Source of the DNA: Takakia lepidozioides
Taxonomy: Eukaryota > Plantae > Bryophyta
DNA: 64,000 nucleotides
Reading direction: 5' to 3'
Assembly (NCBI GenBank): GCA_030704615.1
Contig: CM060734.1
Span: forward strand, 37,386,001-37,450,000
Within the stretch, counting starts at the first letter, position 1. Every line of letters begins with the position of its first letter. Positions 35,901 through 49,773 of the stretch are shown piece after piece. The translations under genes and the position numbers were made by a program. Below the pieces are notes generated by a model, which worked only from the letters and a program-made list of their open reading frames with translations, searched no databases and was not told the origin of the DNA.

Positions 35901-38831
35901 ATCCAGCAGGGTTCCACACTTGGCATACATATTGACAAGGGTGTTGAGCAGAAAGATGCTTGGCTTGAATCCACTTTGAATCATGCGGGCATGCACCTGC
36001 TTTCCCTCTGCTAGCCGTTTCATGTTGATACACCCCTGCAAGATGCAAGCATATGTATTGGAGTCTGGCTGGATACCGTGTTGGCCCAAAATGTGCAGCG
36101 CCTCTTCCAGTCGTCCTGACTTGCATAGTCTTCTGATGTCTCCACAAGTACCAGAAAAAATCTTACCGACTTCACCTCTTGGACCTCTTCCAAAACCACC
36201 AGTGACAGTCGAGGTGCTACATGTGCCGCCAGTCTGGTGTCCAACAAACAACTGTGCTTGATTCAACTGTGTCATTCTGCATGACTCAAAATCCTTAGTT
36301 ACAATCCTTCAGACTGAAAAATCATGTAATGGCTTTAACAACACTCCGGAGTAGAATAGACTGTCCTTTCTATTTGGATTGGCAGCCTTCAATCATCATC
36401 TTCATCATCATCATCAGCAAAAAAATACCTGTGGTATTCTCGGTCTGAAGCTGATTGTTGTACATCCACACCGGTACCATCACCAGATTGAGGTCGATCT
36501 TGTATCATGGTAGCTAACTCTGCTTTCATCCAGGGAGGGTTTGACCAACCCTCAATCCAAAGAACCTCCTTTCTGCCCTTGAATTGCTCTGCGAAAGCAC
36601 CGGCGGGCAACTGAGTAGCCATGGCCTAGTCTCGCACAGACCGGACCACGCACATTTCAAATATAGACGGAACCAGAAACAACCTTCTTTCCGGTACTAC
36701 TAATGGATGAAAAGAGATGGATGATGAGCAAAGGTGGCAAGAATAGACGGACACCCGCGCCTTTCCCTCTCCCGCGTCACCTTCTCTTTCCTTCGCTCCA
36801 CCTCCCGCCTCGTTCAAAACCTTAGTACTATTGGCCTTGCATTTCCCCGACACAGATTTTATCAGTTGTGCGATCTAGTCATTCTCTTGCAGACTTGATG
36901 ACCTTCTCGTTCTTTGTCAGCCTTCTGTCCAGTTCGCCGATTTGGTATTACGGATTGGGATGCCTGCTTGAGCGCGCTGTTTTACATCAAACTTCTTCTG
37001 GTAAATTCCTTCGCATTGTTGTGTTGCTTGAGGTGTCTTTTTCTGTATTCCATAATACGGAGTAGATTAGACGTTTGAATTTTTCCTTTTCAACTCTTCT
37101 GTTGCTGATTAGTTTTGCGATTCGTTTTTTGGGACATTACACGGGCTCCACAGGCTAGTGCACGTTCCTACATTGTACATTCCTCTATTGTGTTTGTGAG
37201 ACAGAGAAATGCTCGTCGGTTTGCATTTGGTCTTTGCTTTTGTTTGATCTTGAATTATTATATGTTCAAGTTGCTGTGTCATTATAAACACACGGGAAGC
37301 AAGATGATTAATTCGTACGCAGAGATGCGGCCATTTTTTCCATGCATTCTTTATCTGTGTCTTGTTCATGCTCTTGCTCAATTTGTTCTCTTTCTTGTTG
37401 TTGCCTCGCCGCTGTCTGTCTGTTTCCATTTGTTACTTCATCTCTATTCTTAATTGAAACAATCCACGCTGTTTTTGTTGTTCTCCCCCTCTTCTACTCA
37501 CCATCTTACTACTTAAAGAATCTACATTCAAACTTGTTCTTGAAAGTCCAATGTGATTGCAGGATCAAGTTCCAACTGTCATCACATTAGCTACTGCCCT
37601 AGGTCCTATTAAGGCCTGGAAGCATCAATGAGGCATGGCTACATTAGTTTTGAAGATCAGAGGGTGACCAAGGAGAGCAAGGTGCTCAATGGGAGGCAAG
37701 CAAACAGTGGAGGCATCAACACACAACTGGCGCCATAAGAGATGTCAGTGCAAAGGGCCCTGCGTGCATCAGAAGAGCAGAGTATTTCCATTGTCCAGCT
37801 TCTCCAGAGGTCACCTGGTACCAACGGGCGAGAGAGAAGGCAAGCTTGGAAGGACAAGCAAGACCACAGACAGGCCTGGTGTGTATGAGCTCTGAACCTC
37901 CCTTTCTTGTCTAATTGGACTGGCTGTCCTAGTACACACATATTTTGTTTCTTGGAAGCATTATGATAGTATAAGGCTGTGTGTTCTTTCTCACAAGAGC
38001 ATACCTGCATGCTTCCAAAAGTTAAAATATGAATGCCGTAATATCAATTAGCCTCTGTCACTTGAAGTTAGGTGTAACTGGGTTGTAAGACATTACGGTC
38101 GGCTGGTCCAAGTAGACTCTTTGCAGTTTAACGTATGCATCTACAAATGCAGTATTAAAAGTCTTATCACTAAATTGTCTTCACGTGCGTGTTAGTAACA
38201 TTATGCTCTACTTGTACTTAACAATGGCTGCTCAGGCCGAAAGGCGCGTTCCTGCCCTGTGTTGGTGTTGCCTACTGGGATTGAGCGCCTCGAGGGTCTT
38301 CAGTTGCTTTTGTCTTCTTTGCAGTCTCCGCCTGCTTCACCTCTCTATTCATCTCCTCTATTTTTGAGAGTAAGATTTCTTCATACACAACGAAATTCCC
38401 TTCCCACACAATCAAGATAAGAAGGATTTAGAATCTGCAGAGTTTGTATCAACCTCCTGAGATTTAATCTCTCAAGGAGTGTTTACCTGGTTAGTATTGA
38501 TTTGTAGCCCTAAGGCGTTTCATTGTACCTGTCAGGCCTATGGCCTTGCTGTGGAAAAATAATACTCTGCAAATTCTGCATGCAAGCCCTGCAGGTGTTA
38601 CTAGGATTATCAGAATTTTAGTGGCATCATACCTTGTCGCATTGTCGTCACGTGGTCTGTCTGCTGTTGAAGAACGTCAGGGCAATGACACAGGCCTGAG
38701 TATGATCTGAACAACAAAGTTAATATCACCTTGTCACCACATCACCAGAGGAAGAGCAGAATCTCTGAAGGACACCATCCTTCTGTCTGATTGCCTTAGC
38801 TCCAACTCTTAAGTAAACGCCAGTGTGCTTC

Positions 38832-41800
38832 ATGCAGAGACATGACAGCCTAACCTTGCCACCGGATTTTTCGAAGGCTGCTACATTAGTCGAGTTGTAT
38901 GAAGGCGTGTCGCGGACTCTGTGCTTGGCAAGCAAGCAAACAGTCTCCAAAGAAGATATTGTGATTGCTGGCTCAAGGAACCCTACAGTTCCACCTGTGC
39001 GAAACAGTCCACAACCACCTCTCCCCACAAATTTCAAGTTGCCAGGGCAGGCAAGTAGAGTTGTAGGGGAGAAGAAAAGCCTAGTCATGGGTGGGACAAA
39101 GAAGTCCAGAAAATCTAAAGCTCGTCTCACCAGCTCTGCAGCTGTCTCTGGAAAGTATTATGAAACTGGTGTAGGTGCAGGCCCTCCAACTATAGTTGAG
39201 GGAGAGGGAAACACCTTGCATGTGCCATCAAATGCAACCAATGATGGGGCAAATGAACTGCCAATAAATTATTCTATTTCGGAACCAGCTTTGGGTGATG
39301 AAGAATATACCTCAGGTGCTCAGATTTCTTCCCAGATTTCATTCTTTCTAATTCTGGCATAAACTTGAGAGGGAATAAGCAAGCAATGCCAGAGGAGATA
39401 CCCAGTCAGTAAGGGCACTTCAGGAAACATCTTAACCTAAGGACTAGGGTTGAAATTCTGTTCACACCACTTGCATGTGTGGCAGTGGTGTCAGGTGACT
39501 GACACTTCAATACAGTGTTAATTTTTAAGTTCTTCCTGCAATTTGGATGTCTAATAACTGTGAGGGATAAGCTGGACACTAAGGCTCCGGTCTATCTTGA
39601 CTACCAACTGGGTGGGCTTGCTGCAAAGTTGTCACAACCAACTTCCAGGGCAGTCACAGTCTGGACGTGGGTGGGTTTCCTGCAATGCACTCTCTCGGAA
39701 GTCTTAAATTGCAGTGCCGTAACTTGAAGAACCGGACCCAGCTGGCATTTGCCCCAAGTTTACATGTGTTTTGACTTTAAGTACACCTTTTGGGTCATAG
39801 TGTCTAGATCTGGTTTCGTAATCCGGTGGAAATTTTCTCCAGGAAAACAGAAGTGAGTGTATATTGCCAAGGTTGGTCAGATGTTATAGTTTCTTCACTC
39901 TTCCAACCTCTGAAGAGCTTTACTATCAAGGGGTTTACACTGACGAGTGACATATTGGGGTCTAGCCGCTTTATATTGATGAACTTTCGAGCAGATGCTT
40001 TCAGCATAGTTGCTCACAACAGTTTTCCCACTTTTTGCAGGGGTTTTACATCCTGACGGAGAGATGAAGAGAAGTATGGCTCCACAGGAGTCTGAGAATA
40101 ATAGATCCGAAGAGAAGGACAATGCTGAGCATGCTCCATGCTCAGAAGCCAGCAAGCTTTTCCACTATGTCCGAGCAGGAAGTCCTGGGAATGAAAGTGA
40201 TGTGACAAGGGAAATTGACAACCTGGCTGCTACATCTGATCTGTTATGTTTGGAAGATCAGATTGGGGCATCTTTCACAAACCTCATCCAGAAAAGTAAC
40301 AGGACTAGCAGCAAAGAGGATGATAGCGAGGAAGTCCTATCAGGTAATGGCCACACAGCTGTGTCTTGTCAGCCATTTCAAGTGCCTGGGGTGGGCTCCA
40401 GGATAGAGTTTTGTTGTCAGGGTCAAGAGTTCTCAGAGCTGTTTGAGAAGTACAGCTGCAGATGTGGAATGCCAAGATGCCGTGAAGACCATGGTGGGAG
40501 CAGCTTTCATGAAAGGTTTGGTTTCAACTCTGCAGGAGGAGGCTGCCAATGCTTTGGTCATGAAAGATGAGGAGATTGCTACGCTCACAGATAGCCTTGA
40601 GGCAAAGGACGCCAAAATGGTGAATCTGGAGGGTGCTCTATTGCTGAAGGTATAGTTGCCTGCTATTGAGACGGATTGGAAGTACATCAAGTACCTTGTG
40701 AGGCCTTACTAGATAGGTATGGGAAGAAGATGAAGAATCTTATAAGTCTGGAGTGGATGCTTTGCAGTCTAGTTTAAATTCTGAGAGCTTGACCATGTGA
40801 TGGGTCTGATATTCCTGATCCTGTGCAACATCCATTAGCTGCAGCCATTTTTTGCACAACATTATTGGGCATTGCCACTGGCAGTTTTTTCATGTGACAC
40901 ACCTGTCTTAACAGTATGCTTAAGAGCATCTGGGTTTGATGACTTCAAACTTGTTGGCAATGTCCTGTGTGACCCAGCGTATACCTGCATCAGGCTACGG
41001 CAAACAAAGTCTTATGAGAACATTCCTATACCTGCATCTTTATTGACTGTGTCATAAATGTGACGAAACTCAAAAGGGTCTGTGTGATGTCAAAATTCTG
41101 GTTGAAGGACAATGAATTGGTGCGGCTTTTTGAAGAAAGCACGCTGCAGACCTGCAGTCTGGTAAAGGAACTGTTGCAAGATCGTGAGAGTGTGCTAGAG
41201 AAGTGGAGACAAAATGAAATATATATTTCTGGTAAGGAGAGGGAGCACTCTAAGATGGCTGAGAATATGGTGAAGCTGTCCTTAAATCTGGACAGCGAAT
41301 GTAAGACAGTGGTCTTGCTGGAAAAGCAGGCGATGGATTTGCGGACAGCGGAGGCGATAAAAGAGAGGGAGATGGCTTCACTGATACAAGAGACAGAGAA
41401 GATAAGGCATGAGAAGGATTCTGCTTTAGAACTGATACAAAGGGAGTCCAAGCAAAGGGAACTTCATATGAAAAATTGTTTGACAGAAAAGGATTGGCTT
41501 ATTGCGGAATTGAAATCATCAGGAGGAAAGCTGACAGATGAGGTTAATGCCTTTCAGGTCGAGATTTCACATTTAAGAAGTTTTCGTAACGATATTTTGA
41601 AGCGAATGGATAGTCTATTGGTTGATAATGAGCGATATTTCAAGGAAGCCGAATCAGGGGCTGAGATAATCATATCAATGCAAGTAGAAATTGATGATTT
41701 GAAGAAGGGGATGGCCGAATTGTGCACCGAGAGAGCTTCGATACTTGAGGAGTTGGACAGCACAAGGGCTGCGATGAAGGTCAAGGAAAGGGAGGTTCAA

Positions 41801-44800
41801 GAGCTGAAAGATGCTCTTAACGTGGCAGCTCAGCACAGACAAGTATTATCAGACTGGAAGAAAAGTTTGAAGCAGGAAATGGGCAGCATTGTATCCCGAT
41901 TCAGAAAGGAGGAAACTGATTGCGTAGATATGCCGATTGCACATGAGAGATTTTGGCAGGAGACAGATATGAGCCCAAACACAGGGGGCAATGAGGGTTT
42001 GTGTCAGCCTCTAGGATGCTTGGAGGGCGAGGGATTGGTGGGTGACAAAACTGAGAAGACTGGTTGTTGGCCCTTCACAGGCTCTGCAAATTTTGAGGTG
42101 GAAAGTGAATTGGATGACAAGGTTGGATGTCAGTCTGTGAGACGTGCCAACCCGAAGATGGTAGAGTTGCTGATCTCAAATTCTGCCGAGCACAAATTCA
42201 GGGACCTGGAAGTGCCGAGTGCCTTCTTTCAAAGGGAATGTCTCTGTGATCAGAAGGAGCTTCTGGAAAGAAGGTACATCCTGATTCTCCAAATTGATTT
42301 GGGTGACATAACCACAACTTATACTGTGGTATGAATATGCATGGCTGGGGTCACATGATGCTGATGAAAGCAGATTTGAGGCCCAGTTTCCTGCCATCGT
42401 CACACCACGTGAGAACATGTTATCAGATTTGATGTGTTAGGAGATGATAGACATTTACCATCATCTCCTTCTAGCTGCAGTCTTGGTAGTTTTATTCCAG
42501 TTTCATTGTTGTGATGAGCATTGTATGGTCTGCTCACTGTTCTTCTGGGCTTCATAGTCTGTGATGAGAAGGAAACTTAAGGTTCTGAATTGCTTAGATT
42601 GTGTCATCCGTCAGATCCCACTTGTTGAAGAACTCTGAGGACCACGTTGCTCAGCTTTTGACTGGGATGGATGATATGAATCGCAAAGTGCAGCAGCAAC
42701 AAAGTGACTCCGTCAACTATAGAGTGGAAAGGGAGGAGGAAGCTTGGAGAGCTGGGGTTGAAGTTGACCTGATTAGTGCATATTTTGAGAGTTCGTCAGT
42801 GGATCTTGTCAAGCGGAGTTCTGAGTTGTGCAGATATCTGGTAGACGTTGAAGGCAGCTTAACTTCAAGCGAGAAAGATCTGAAGAACACCAAGCTCTTG
42901 TTACAGGAAAGCCAGGGTGACACTGAAAACCTGAGGGCTGAGAATACTGTGCTGTCCAAATTCGTGGATCAATTGACTGAGGAGATTGAGAGTTGCCAAA
43001 CGGAAATCTCAAACTGCAGAAGTGCATTGCGGGAAGCATCATCACACTCCAAAACATCCAAGATTGACTGCCATGACCTGCAGCGACAAATGGATGCTTT
43101 GAGGGTACACCTTTCCTTTGTGATATATTCCATGGGTTTCTTATGCTGCAGAATCCAGGATACTGTAAAATGATTAAGATGCTATGCTATCCCTTTCGAG
43201 TTACAGAAGTAAAATCACATCTTCTTTCTGTGTGACTTTTGCAAGGATCTGAATATCTGGCAGGTCACATAAAGTGTCTGGTAAATCAACTTATCCTGCA
43301 TGTTTCATGGGATGTACTCAGTTTGCATCATTTTTGTGATAGGGGGAATTAGAAGGCAGGCTAAACTAGAAAGAAATAGAGCTCGAGGAGGAGATCGAAA
43401 GATCTCGGGTGGAACATGAATCCAAGATGTGCATTCTTGGAGTTGTGGATGGGCAGGCGGGTGATTGGATGCAAGAACTTCATCGGCTAAGAGAGAAGTT
43501 GAAGCTTAAGGATGCAAAGATCCTTTGTCATCTTCTGAAGTGTCTTGAGTGAATGCCAATATATAAGTGGATCCTAAAGCCCACCACAGACTGCATGGAT
43601 GGTGTCTGCATTTTGTTGTTTTTTTCTCCCTTGAGTGGGTCATCTTATGATAGTTGGTTCTCCTGCAATCTCCTGGCCATTCTCATATTGTGCAACAATT
43701 CTGTCTCACTGGCACTCATCTGGAAGAAGTCAAAGCACCTCTCTGTCTCTAGTTAATACCAAATTATAGTCTTTTGATTTGACCTTTCGGTATCGGCTGG
43801 TGTTGTGTGCAGGCTGAACATGACAAGCAGTTGCAGAATGAATGGGAGGCTAAAGCTTCAGACTCAAAGATTGCCGATGAACTAAGGACACAAGAGATCT
43901 CAAAGTTGCTAGCAGACTTCTCTTTTCTGGAAGCCCAGCTGAGAGGAACTCTAGAGCAAGAGCATGCAAGAGCAGGTGAGGTACTTACAGAGATAAAAGA
44001 CCAATGTAGATTGAAGGTGATGGCACATGCACTAAAGACAAAAGAAATTTCAGACTTGCAAGCAAAATTTTCTTCTCAGGAGACCCAGCTAAGAGAGACA
44101 TTGGAACAAGAGCGCAGGAGGGTGTGTGAGGTGCTTAAAGAGATGACGGAGCTACGTAAATTGAAGGAGACAACACGTGCGTCGTTTCATCCAGATAAAA
44201 TACACTTACGGGGCTTGTTTTCACTGATCTAACCTATGGTTAGTTTGCAGTTGGGTTGCAACTCTAGAGGGGGAGGGGAAATTAGCTCTCCCGTCTGATG
44301 TGTCTGTTGCATAGTGCTTGGACAAAATTTTCAAACCCTCTGTATATGGTGGCAGTATTTAGGCAACAGACAATCTGTGGCGTTCAAAGAAGTTGGAGAC
44401 CCGAGCATACCAAGAGATCTTGAACCTAGATCATAAACTTAGGAAGAATGGAGTTACTCATGTTGTCTACATAGATGCACCTTCAATCTGGCAGATTGAT
44501 CTTTGTGATCATTACGTTGCCTTCAACTGTGTGGACATTGAGCTTCTGGGATCAGGGCAACTGACATAGTTTTTTTGCAGAATTTTCATTGGAGGAGAAC
44601 CTGCAGGGCCAACTATGGCGCCACAAGATTGAATGGGACATTGCTTGCAAAATTATAGGAGACAAAATTATGGACATGGAAAGGAGAATCTGTGAACTGA
44701 GTGGTGCATTGAGGGAAAGAGAAGCAGGTGCAGAGTCAAGCAACATAGAGATTGAAGCCCTCAGAGACGCCAAACACGAAGACGGTTTGGAGAGGGATAC

Positions 44801-47800
44801 AATGATGTTGGAGATGAGTACTCTACACTGCTGTCTTGAGGCCACCACCAGCAAGATGGAGTCCATAACATGCGAGCTTGTTGAGAAAGAATCAACCATT
44901 GCCAATCTGGTTATTCAGAACAAAGAATTCGAAACCCTGAGAAACACCTTCCATCAAAGGGAACTGGAGATTGATTCCTTAAAGGCTGAAAGTAGCATTT
45001 TACGTCAGAGCCTTCAGGAAGCCAGGGTTGAGATCCAAAACATGACAAAGGACCTGCAAGTGAAAGACAAAAGCATGTCAGACCTGGAATTGCGTAACCG
45101 AGAAGTTGAAACTCTGAGGAAAGCCTTACATCATAGTGCGCTTGAGTGGCTGGAGTGCGAGACATTCAAGGCTGAAAGTGAAAGGTTACGAATTGGTCGG
45201 GAGGAGGCTCAGGCTCAGATTGAGTCAATGGCAAGTATCCTCCAAGAGAAAGAACTGAGGATTGCGGAGTTGGAATCAAACATCAGTATATTGAAAACTG
45301 TCATGCTTCAAAATGAGCTTGAGAGAAATTCATGTCAGGCTGAGATTATAAATCTCCGTTGCTATCTTGAGGATGCCAATGCCCAATGTGATGCCATGAC
45401 AAGAGCTCTTCAAGCAAATGAGAAAAGTATTGCAGACCTGGATTCTAACTGTGTGAATCTGGAATTACGATTGCACACAACCAAGGGCAATTTGGAAGAC
45501 AAACTGAGAGATATGGAGATGCATATTACTGATTTTGAAGAGTTGATTGAAGCAGCGGAATGGAGGCACAAGGTTGAAGATGAGATCATTGCTCTGGTTT
45601 TAAGGGAGGGAAGTCAGCGTGCCGAAGCCGAGTGGCTCAACAATCGACTCGTTGCAGAAGAAGCATTATTCCACTTACATCAAGAGGTTAAAAACTTGAG
45701 AGCAGGTAACATGGGCATTATAGAAAATGAAGGGGAGCAAGAAATAGGAAGGTTCAGTGCACAATCTAAAACTACTCAGGAAAGGCTTTCCCTGCAAGAA
45801 TTTTTTTTCCAATTGCAACAAGAAGCTGAGAATTGGAAGGCTGGCAGGAAGCCCGGAGAGCTGATAGAGGACAACAGGTTGTCCTATAAAAGTATGGAGC
45901 GAGATTTCACAGACACGGAAAGATTGGCATACAAAGACAAAGTGGTGCTTCTGCAAGCAGAGCTAGAGGGTTACAAGGCTGCACTGAAGAAGGCTGAGGG
46001 ACAGGCTGGTCAAACTGTGTGGCGTGGTTCTGGGGAGGTGCCTGACCCTGTCCTTACAGTTATCAGGCAAGACACCCAAGTGGGTTTCATGGTGGATGCA
46101 GGCAATTCCCGCTGCAAAAATGGGATCGACGAGGTAAATGCTTAAATTATACTCAGCTTTTTGGGAGGCAATTCAGTGAGCTACTGTCTGAAGGCTTCCT
46201 CCACAGTGTCCAGTGTGAAGAAACCACTTCGAAAACTTTTAACTTAGAAAACTTCTAAACTTTGAAATGCCTCTATTGTTGCACTGTGGTGCAGGTAGTA
46301 AGGTCTCTAAAGGCAGAAGTATTGGAGCTGCGGAGAGAAAGAGAGCAGCTTATGGAGCAACATACTGACGAAATCTACAGACTGAAACGTGAGTTTCTGA
46401 AGGAGGCTGAGAAGATCAAGGCCAAAGCGAAACACAAACAAAACATCCAAGTGGTAGCCCTGAAACAGGAAGTGCTGGAAGCAGAGGAGCAACTTGATCA
46501 GGTAGTTCTACGGAGCGGAAGAAACCATTCAGGTTCTTTGCAGAGAATAAATGGAGAGTGTGGGAAATGGCCAAGAGAAAAGGAGGAATTGCTGGAAACT
46601 AGTTCTAGAAAGGGCCTTTATATCAGGCAACTCACTGATGAGCTTTTCCAGGCATCTGAGGAAGGAGCTGCTACTTTGAGGGTGTCCCAAGACCTTGAAA
46701 TGGAACAGGAACACTTGGAGTCTACAATTAGTCGGCTGGAGAAAGTAATCTGTGGGCATGAAACAGAACGAAAATTGCTGGAGGCCAGGGTTACTGCACT
46801 AGACACTGCCAGGCATCAGTTAGAGGAATCAGTTGAAAGAATGGAGACAGAAATCCGTGCTTTGGAGGAAAAGGTTACCAGGCTGGAAGGCGAACGGAGT
46901 TGGCTGCAGGAAAGGGTTCCTGGGCTGGAGAAAAGAGTTGCAACGGAACAGACACGGCTGGAGGAAATGGCTGCTATTCACGCATTTGAACGAGATCAGC
47001 TCAGGGAAGTTGTTGCTGCTCATAAAAGACAGCAAATTCAATTGGAGGAGTCACTTGCTGAAGTAAAGACCGAGCGCAATCAACTTGGCACTCGGCTGGA
47101 GGAAATGGCTGCCGTTCATACGTTTGAACGAGATCAGCTCAGGGAAATTGTTGCTGCCCAAACAAGTGAGCACAGTCAATTGGAGGATTCACTCGCTGAG
47201 TTAAAGACTGAGCGAAATCATCTCGGCACTCAGCTTGAGGAAATGGCTGCTGTTCACGCATTTGAACGAGATCAGCTTAGGGACATTGTTGCTGCTAAAA
47301 ATAGTCAGCAATATCAATTGGAGGATTCACTTGCTGAATCAAAGGCCCAAAGAAATCAATTGGGCTTGGCTGTTGCCACCATGGCAATTCACTGGGATCA
47401 AGCATATGTTAATAACCACAGCCAAGAGAGGGAAAGACTGAGAGCAGGGTATGAGACAGCCTTGAAAGAGATGTTGGAAGCTCTGAGTCGGGTCCAAAAG
47501 GAACTTACAGAGGAGAGGGCCCAGAAAGGTGAGTGATAAACGTGGGGGGTTATTAATCTATCACCACAATTGTTTCAATAGCTCAAAAAGGTTTCAATGG
47601 CACTACATACATGGTTGTGTAAGCACAACGTAGCGCTGAACAGAAGCGAGTAGGCTTATTTGATGGCATTACCTTGTGTACCAACATAGGGCAGGCCATC
47701 ATACCATTTGGATAGATATACAATTGATTAAACAGAGGTAGCATCTCTTTGGAGCGTTTGTACCCATCACGTAAAACATCTCAATTGTTTCTTGGTTCAT

Positions 47801-49383
47801 GCTTCTAACAGTGATTGCTGAAAGTGAGACACAAAAGATGAAGGAAGAGATATTGACATTACGACAAGAGATAGAGGAGATATGGAGGCACTTGGAGATG
47901 CATCTCACAGAGAGTCTTGGACAAGTAGTAGGAGCTTCACAGCAAGTTGAGCATGAGCTTTCTCAGCGTATTCAACAGCAAACTCTGAGGTAAGAATTGT
48001 ATGAAATGTTTTCTTGTCTATTTATGTGGGATTGATATAACATGTAGTTGGAATAACCATGCTAATGCGAAAAAATGCAAATATTGTACCTGCTTATGCA
48101 CTATCAGTGTAGCTGGGGAGCTGTCATCTTCTCTGTTACAATTGATCCAATTTGTCCAATTGACTTCAATTGTTGTAGACTGGATTTGAAAAAATCTGAT
48201 GAGTTTCAGTGTACTCTTCTCCCTGCATTTGACCCAGTTATCTGTATTTGTAGGTTTGAGGGTGTGCAGAAACAGGTTCGATATGTTCACCAACTATTCA
48301 GCAGTTCTGCTTTGAATGAATCGGAGTACATCCGCAATGTTGGAAATCTTCAAAAAGCAGAGAAAGAGGTTTGCAGATCTTCAACTCTCTGCTTTTCAGC
48401 ACATTTTGAGCATTTTAAATTTGTGATATTGGCATCTATCTTTTCTGCTTGATTACTTCCTGTGGCCATGAAAGTTATATTTGTCATTGGTAACTTTTCC
48501 TTACTCCAGCTTGTGTCAGGTTGTTTGCAGTAGCAACTAGATGATTTTGCTTGGCAGGTTGTTTGTATGATGTGTAAAATGATTGTAAGGTTTTGGTGGC
48601 AGGTGGATCTCCTTGGGGATGAAGTTGAGTCACTCGTGTCTTTACTAGAGAAGGTGTATGGTGTTCTTGACCATTATGCACCAGTCCTCAAGCATTACAC
48701 CGGGGTAATCTATCTCTGCCTCTGGCTCCACTGTCTTAATTCTAACTTGTTTCTAGCTGTCCTTTTGTCCCATAAGCTCTTTGAGCTTTCTGCGGAGGTT
48801 ATAAAGTTCCATTTCATTTCATTTCTTTGACACCATTCCTTTCCGTTTTCTTTAAGCGTCTATCATTTCATTTCTGTATTTGAGCCTTCCGCAGACATTA
48901 TTAAGTGTCATTTCATGTCATTTGCGTGTATCCTTTCATTTCTGTCTTTGAGTTTTCTGCAGACATTAAAGTTACATTTCATTTCTGTCTAGTAGGTTCG
49001 ACTGCAGGTGCAAAATAGCAATGTTAGGCCCAGAGCAGCAGTACTGGATTGAATATAACATAGCATCTTCCACCTGGGAACTAGGCTTTCAAGGGTTTGT
49101 GATAGCCAATGACAGATATATTTTTCACCTTTACACAGTTACTGAAAATATGATTTCCTTTCATCTTCTTAAATTTGCTTATACTGTAGTTGAGGAGGCT
49201 AACACAGCTGGCTTTACTAGTATCCTTCTCTTATGAACATGTGCTCATGTTCCTCCCAAACTGGGCCACAAGTGGAATTCCAGTTGATTGTAAAATTTGG
49301 TGGGGCCTATGCAGGTGGCAGAGGTTGCCCGACTTGTGAGACTTGAAGTTGTGAAACGTTCTGTGGAACCTGCCTTGGAGTAA
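38832..49383 (+). CDS. WAP: Large coiled-coil WPP-domain-associated protein (WAP)-like, multi-exon; start codon and some junctions uncertain
   Basis: C-terminal exons 48253-48368, 48603-48704 and 49315-49383 give [53 protein letters not shown], matching the WAP C-terminal motif. [32 protein letters not shown] (~40480-40580) matches the N-terminal motif. Long heptad ORFs at 41060-42334, 42601-43173, 43807-44232, 44589-46145 and 46262-47536. Confidence 0.82.
46952..47365 (+). repeat. Three tandem 138-bp (46-aa) coding repeats in the WAP-like gene
   Basis: GAGGAAATGGCTGC recurs at 46961, 47099 and 47237; unit [20 protein letters not shown]...QLE.SLAE.K.ERNQLG. Confidence 0.92.
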
Positions 49384-49773
49384 CTACATGTTGCAATGGG
49401 TTCTATGTAGGTTAGCTCTGTACAAAATGGCGGCAGAAGCTGTAACATGAAGCATTTCGGTATTGGTAGGGTCAAGATGTGATGACCCGCTTTTTCCAGA
49501 GGGGCCACCATTGGGACCTCGTTTCTAGTCTTTCTACTAGAAGACTGTATTGAAGGACTTTTTGCCAGAAGGTCACTAGAATTGGATAAGACTGTGGACT
49601 CCGGTAAGTGGGGAGCATTGACAGGCCTCCGAAGTGTAGCAACGTTTAAGAATGTATAAACGTGTTGTTGTCTTGGGTCTCGTCGTGCAGTGTCCACAGG
49701 AAAACAAAGCCTAAACTAAGTTATTCACAGCGCATGAAAGACATCTGAGATAAGCCTTGCCATCACGACAAGC

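Larger units (their letters stand above)
32305..36622 (-). pseudogene. PLS-E1-E2-DYW PPR (organellar C-to-U editing factor) disrupted by a ~1.4-kb insertion and a DYW frameshift
   Basis: Exon 36622-36429 and in-frame intron 36428-36277. PPR KCGTLLD (~35901) resumes as ARQVF (~34472). About 17 PLS motifs, E1/E2 and PG box EPGRSCIE. After a frameshift at ~32563: VLHDVEEE...[12 protein letters not shown]...[10 protein letters not shown]...[16 protein letters not shown] ending at 32305. Confidence 0.92.

Noticed and set aside
46952-47365. CRISPR-like or non-coding repeat array
   Set aside because: In-frame 138-bp coding repeats with no spacers, in a eukaryotic context.
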